A DNA stretch of 41,417 bases from Macrostomum lignano. Lineage: Eukaryota. Positions 40,983-41,417 of the stretch are shown one piece after another. Below the pieces are notes generated by a model. That model was not told where the DNA came from and made no database searches. It saw only the letters and a program-made list of their open reading frames with translations. Position numbers and translations under genes: made by a program. Each line of letters opens with the position of its first letter. The first letter of the stretch is position 1. The stretch lies in the NCBI GenBank assembly GCA_002269645.1, contig NIVC01004579.1:1-41417 (forward strand), given 5' to 3'.

Positions 40983-41274
40983 ATGTCAGACCCTGAGCAG
41001 CTGCTGGACTCCCTAGAAGCGGCCTGCCAGTCTCGTCGTGTCGGTTTAGCGACCTCTTTAAATTCGTTTCGTCAACAGCTGGAGCAACGCCAGGCGGCTC
41101 AGCTCAACGCCGCCTGTGGCTGCTTCTCCAACAACAATGCCAGCACTAGCGAGACGGCAGTGTCGAGAAATTCGACGCCGCAACGAAAATTCTGAAGCTG
41201 TTCGTCAACAGATAGAAGAGTTGCAACGGCTGAAGTCCGCTTTGGAAGCTCAGATGGCTGGTGTTCAGCTTTGA
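40983..41274 (+). CDS. Possible small coiled-coil protein split over two frames (40983-41195 and ~41062-41274)
   Basis: GC-rich, gene-like island. Frame 0 MSDPEQLLDSLEAACQSRR...FRQQLEQRQAA overlaps frame +1 ...ARRQCREIRRRNENSEAVRQQIEELQRLKSALEAQMAGVQL*. No family recognised. Confidence 0.4.
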
Positions 41275-41357
41275 CTGGTCGGAGAAAGTGTTCTGGGAAT
41301 GTATGCAGTTTGTTGACCTACAAGTGCACCTTTTCCCTGTCTGGGGTCAAGTTTCCT

Positions 41358-41417
41358 TAATCCCCTCCCAAGACACTCGGATATCCCTAATCCCCTCCCA
41401 AGACACTCGGATATCCC
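41358..41417. repeat. Start of a 30-bp tandem repeat, truncated by the window edge
   Basis: TAATCCCCTCCCAAGACACTCGGATATCCC x2. Confidence 0.75.

Overview
Repeat-rich eukaryotic (animal) genomic DNA with no prokaryotic genes and no CRISPR. Gene style and minisatellite-filled introns resemble a flatworm such as Macrostomum, but that is inference only. Left half (1-20.2 kb): at least 11 copies of a ~661-bp tandem unit, microsatellites, a 959-bp foldback element with a 9-bp TSD, an apparently intact 1657-bp Tc1 (DD34E, IR/DR-type) transposon, and AT-rich DNA ending in a minus-strand CCAAT x4/TATA promoter-like cassette. Right half: three spliced plus-strand housekeeping genes, namely a GID8/TWA1-like CTLH subunit (3 exons), an AMBRA1-like WD40 protein (4 exons) and the DEAD-box helicase DDX10/Dbp4 (4 exons, one apparent 1-nt frameshift), followed by a small coiled-coil ORF pair. 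All eight predicted introns and most intergenic gaps hold tandem repeats. Non-autonomous DNA transposons have landed in these repeats, including a three-level nest (hAT-like in CACTA-like in a minisatellite) and a second 9-bp-TSD foldback element. Exon boundaries and protein family calls were made by eye from splice signals and recalled motifs; no searches were run.
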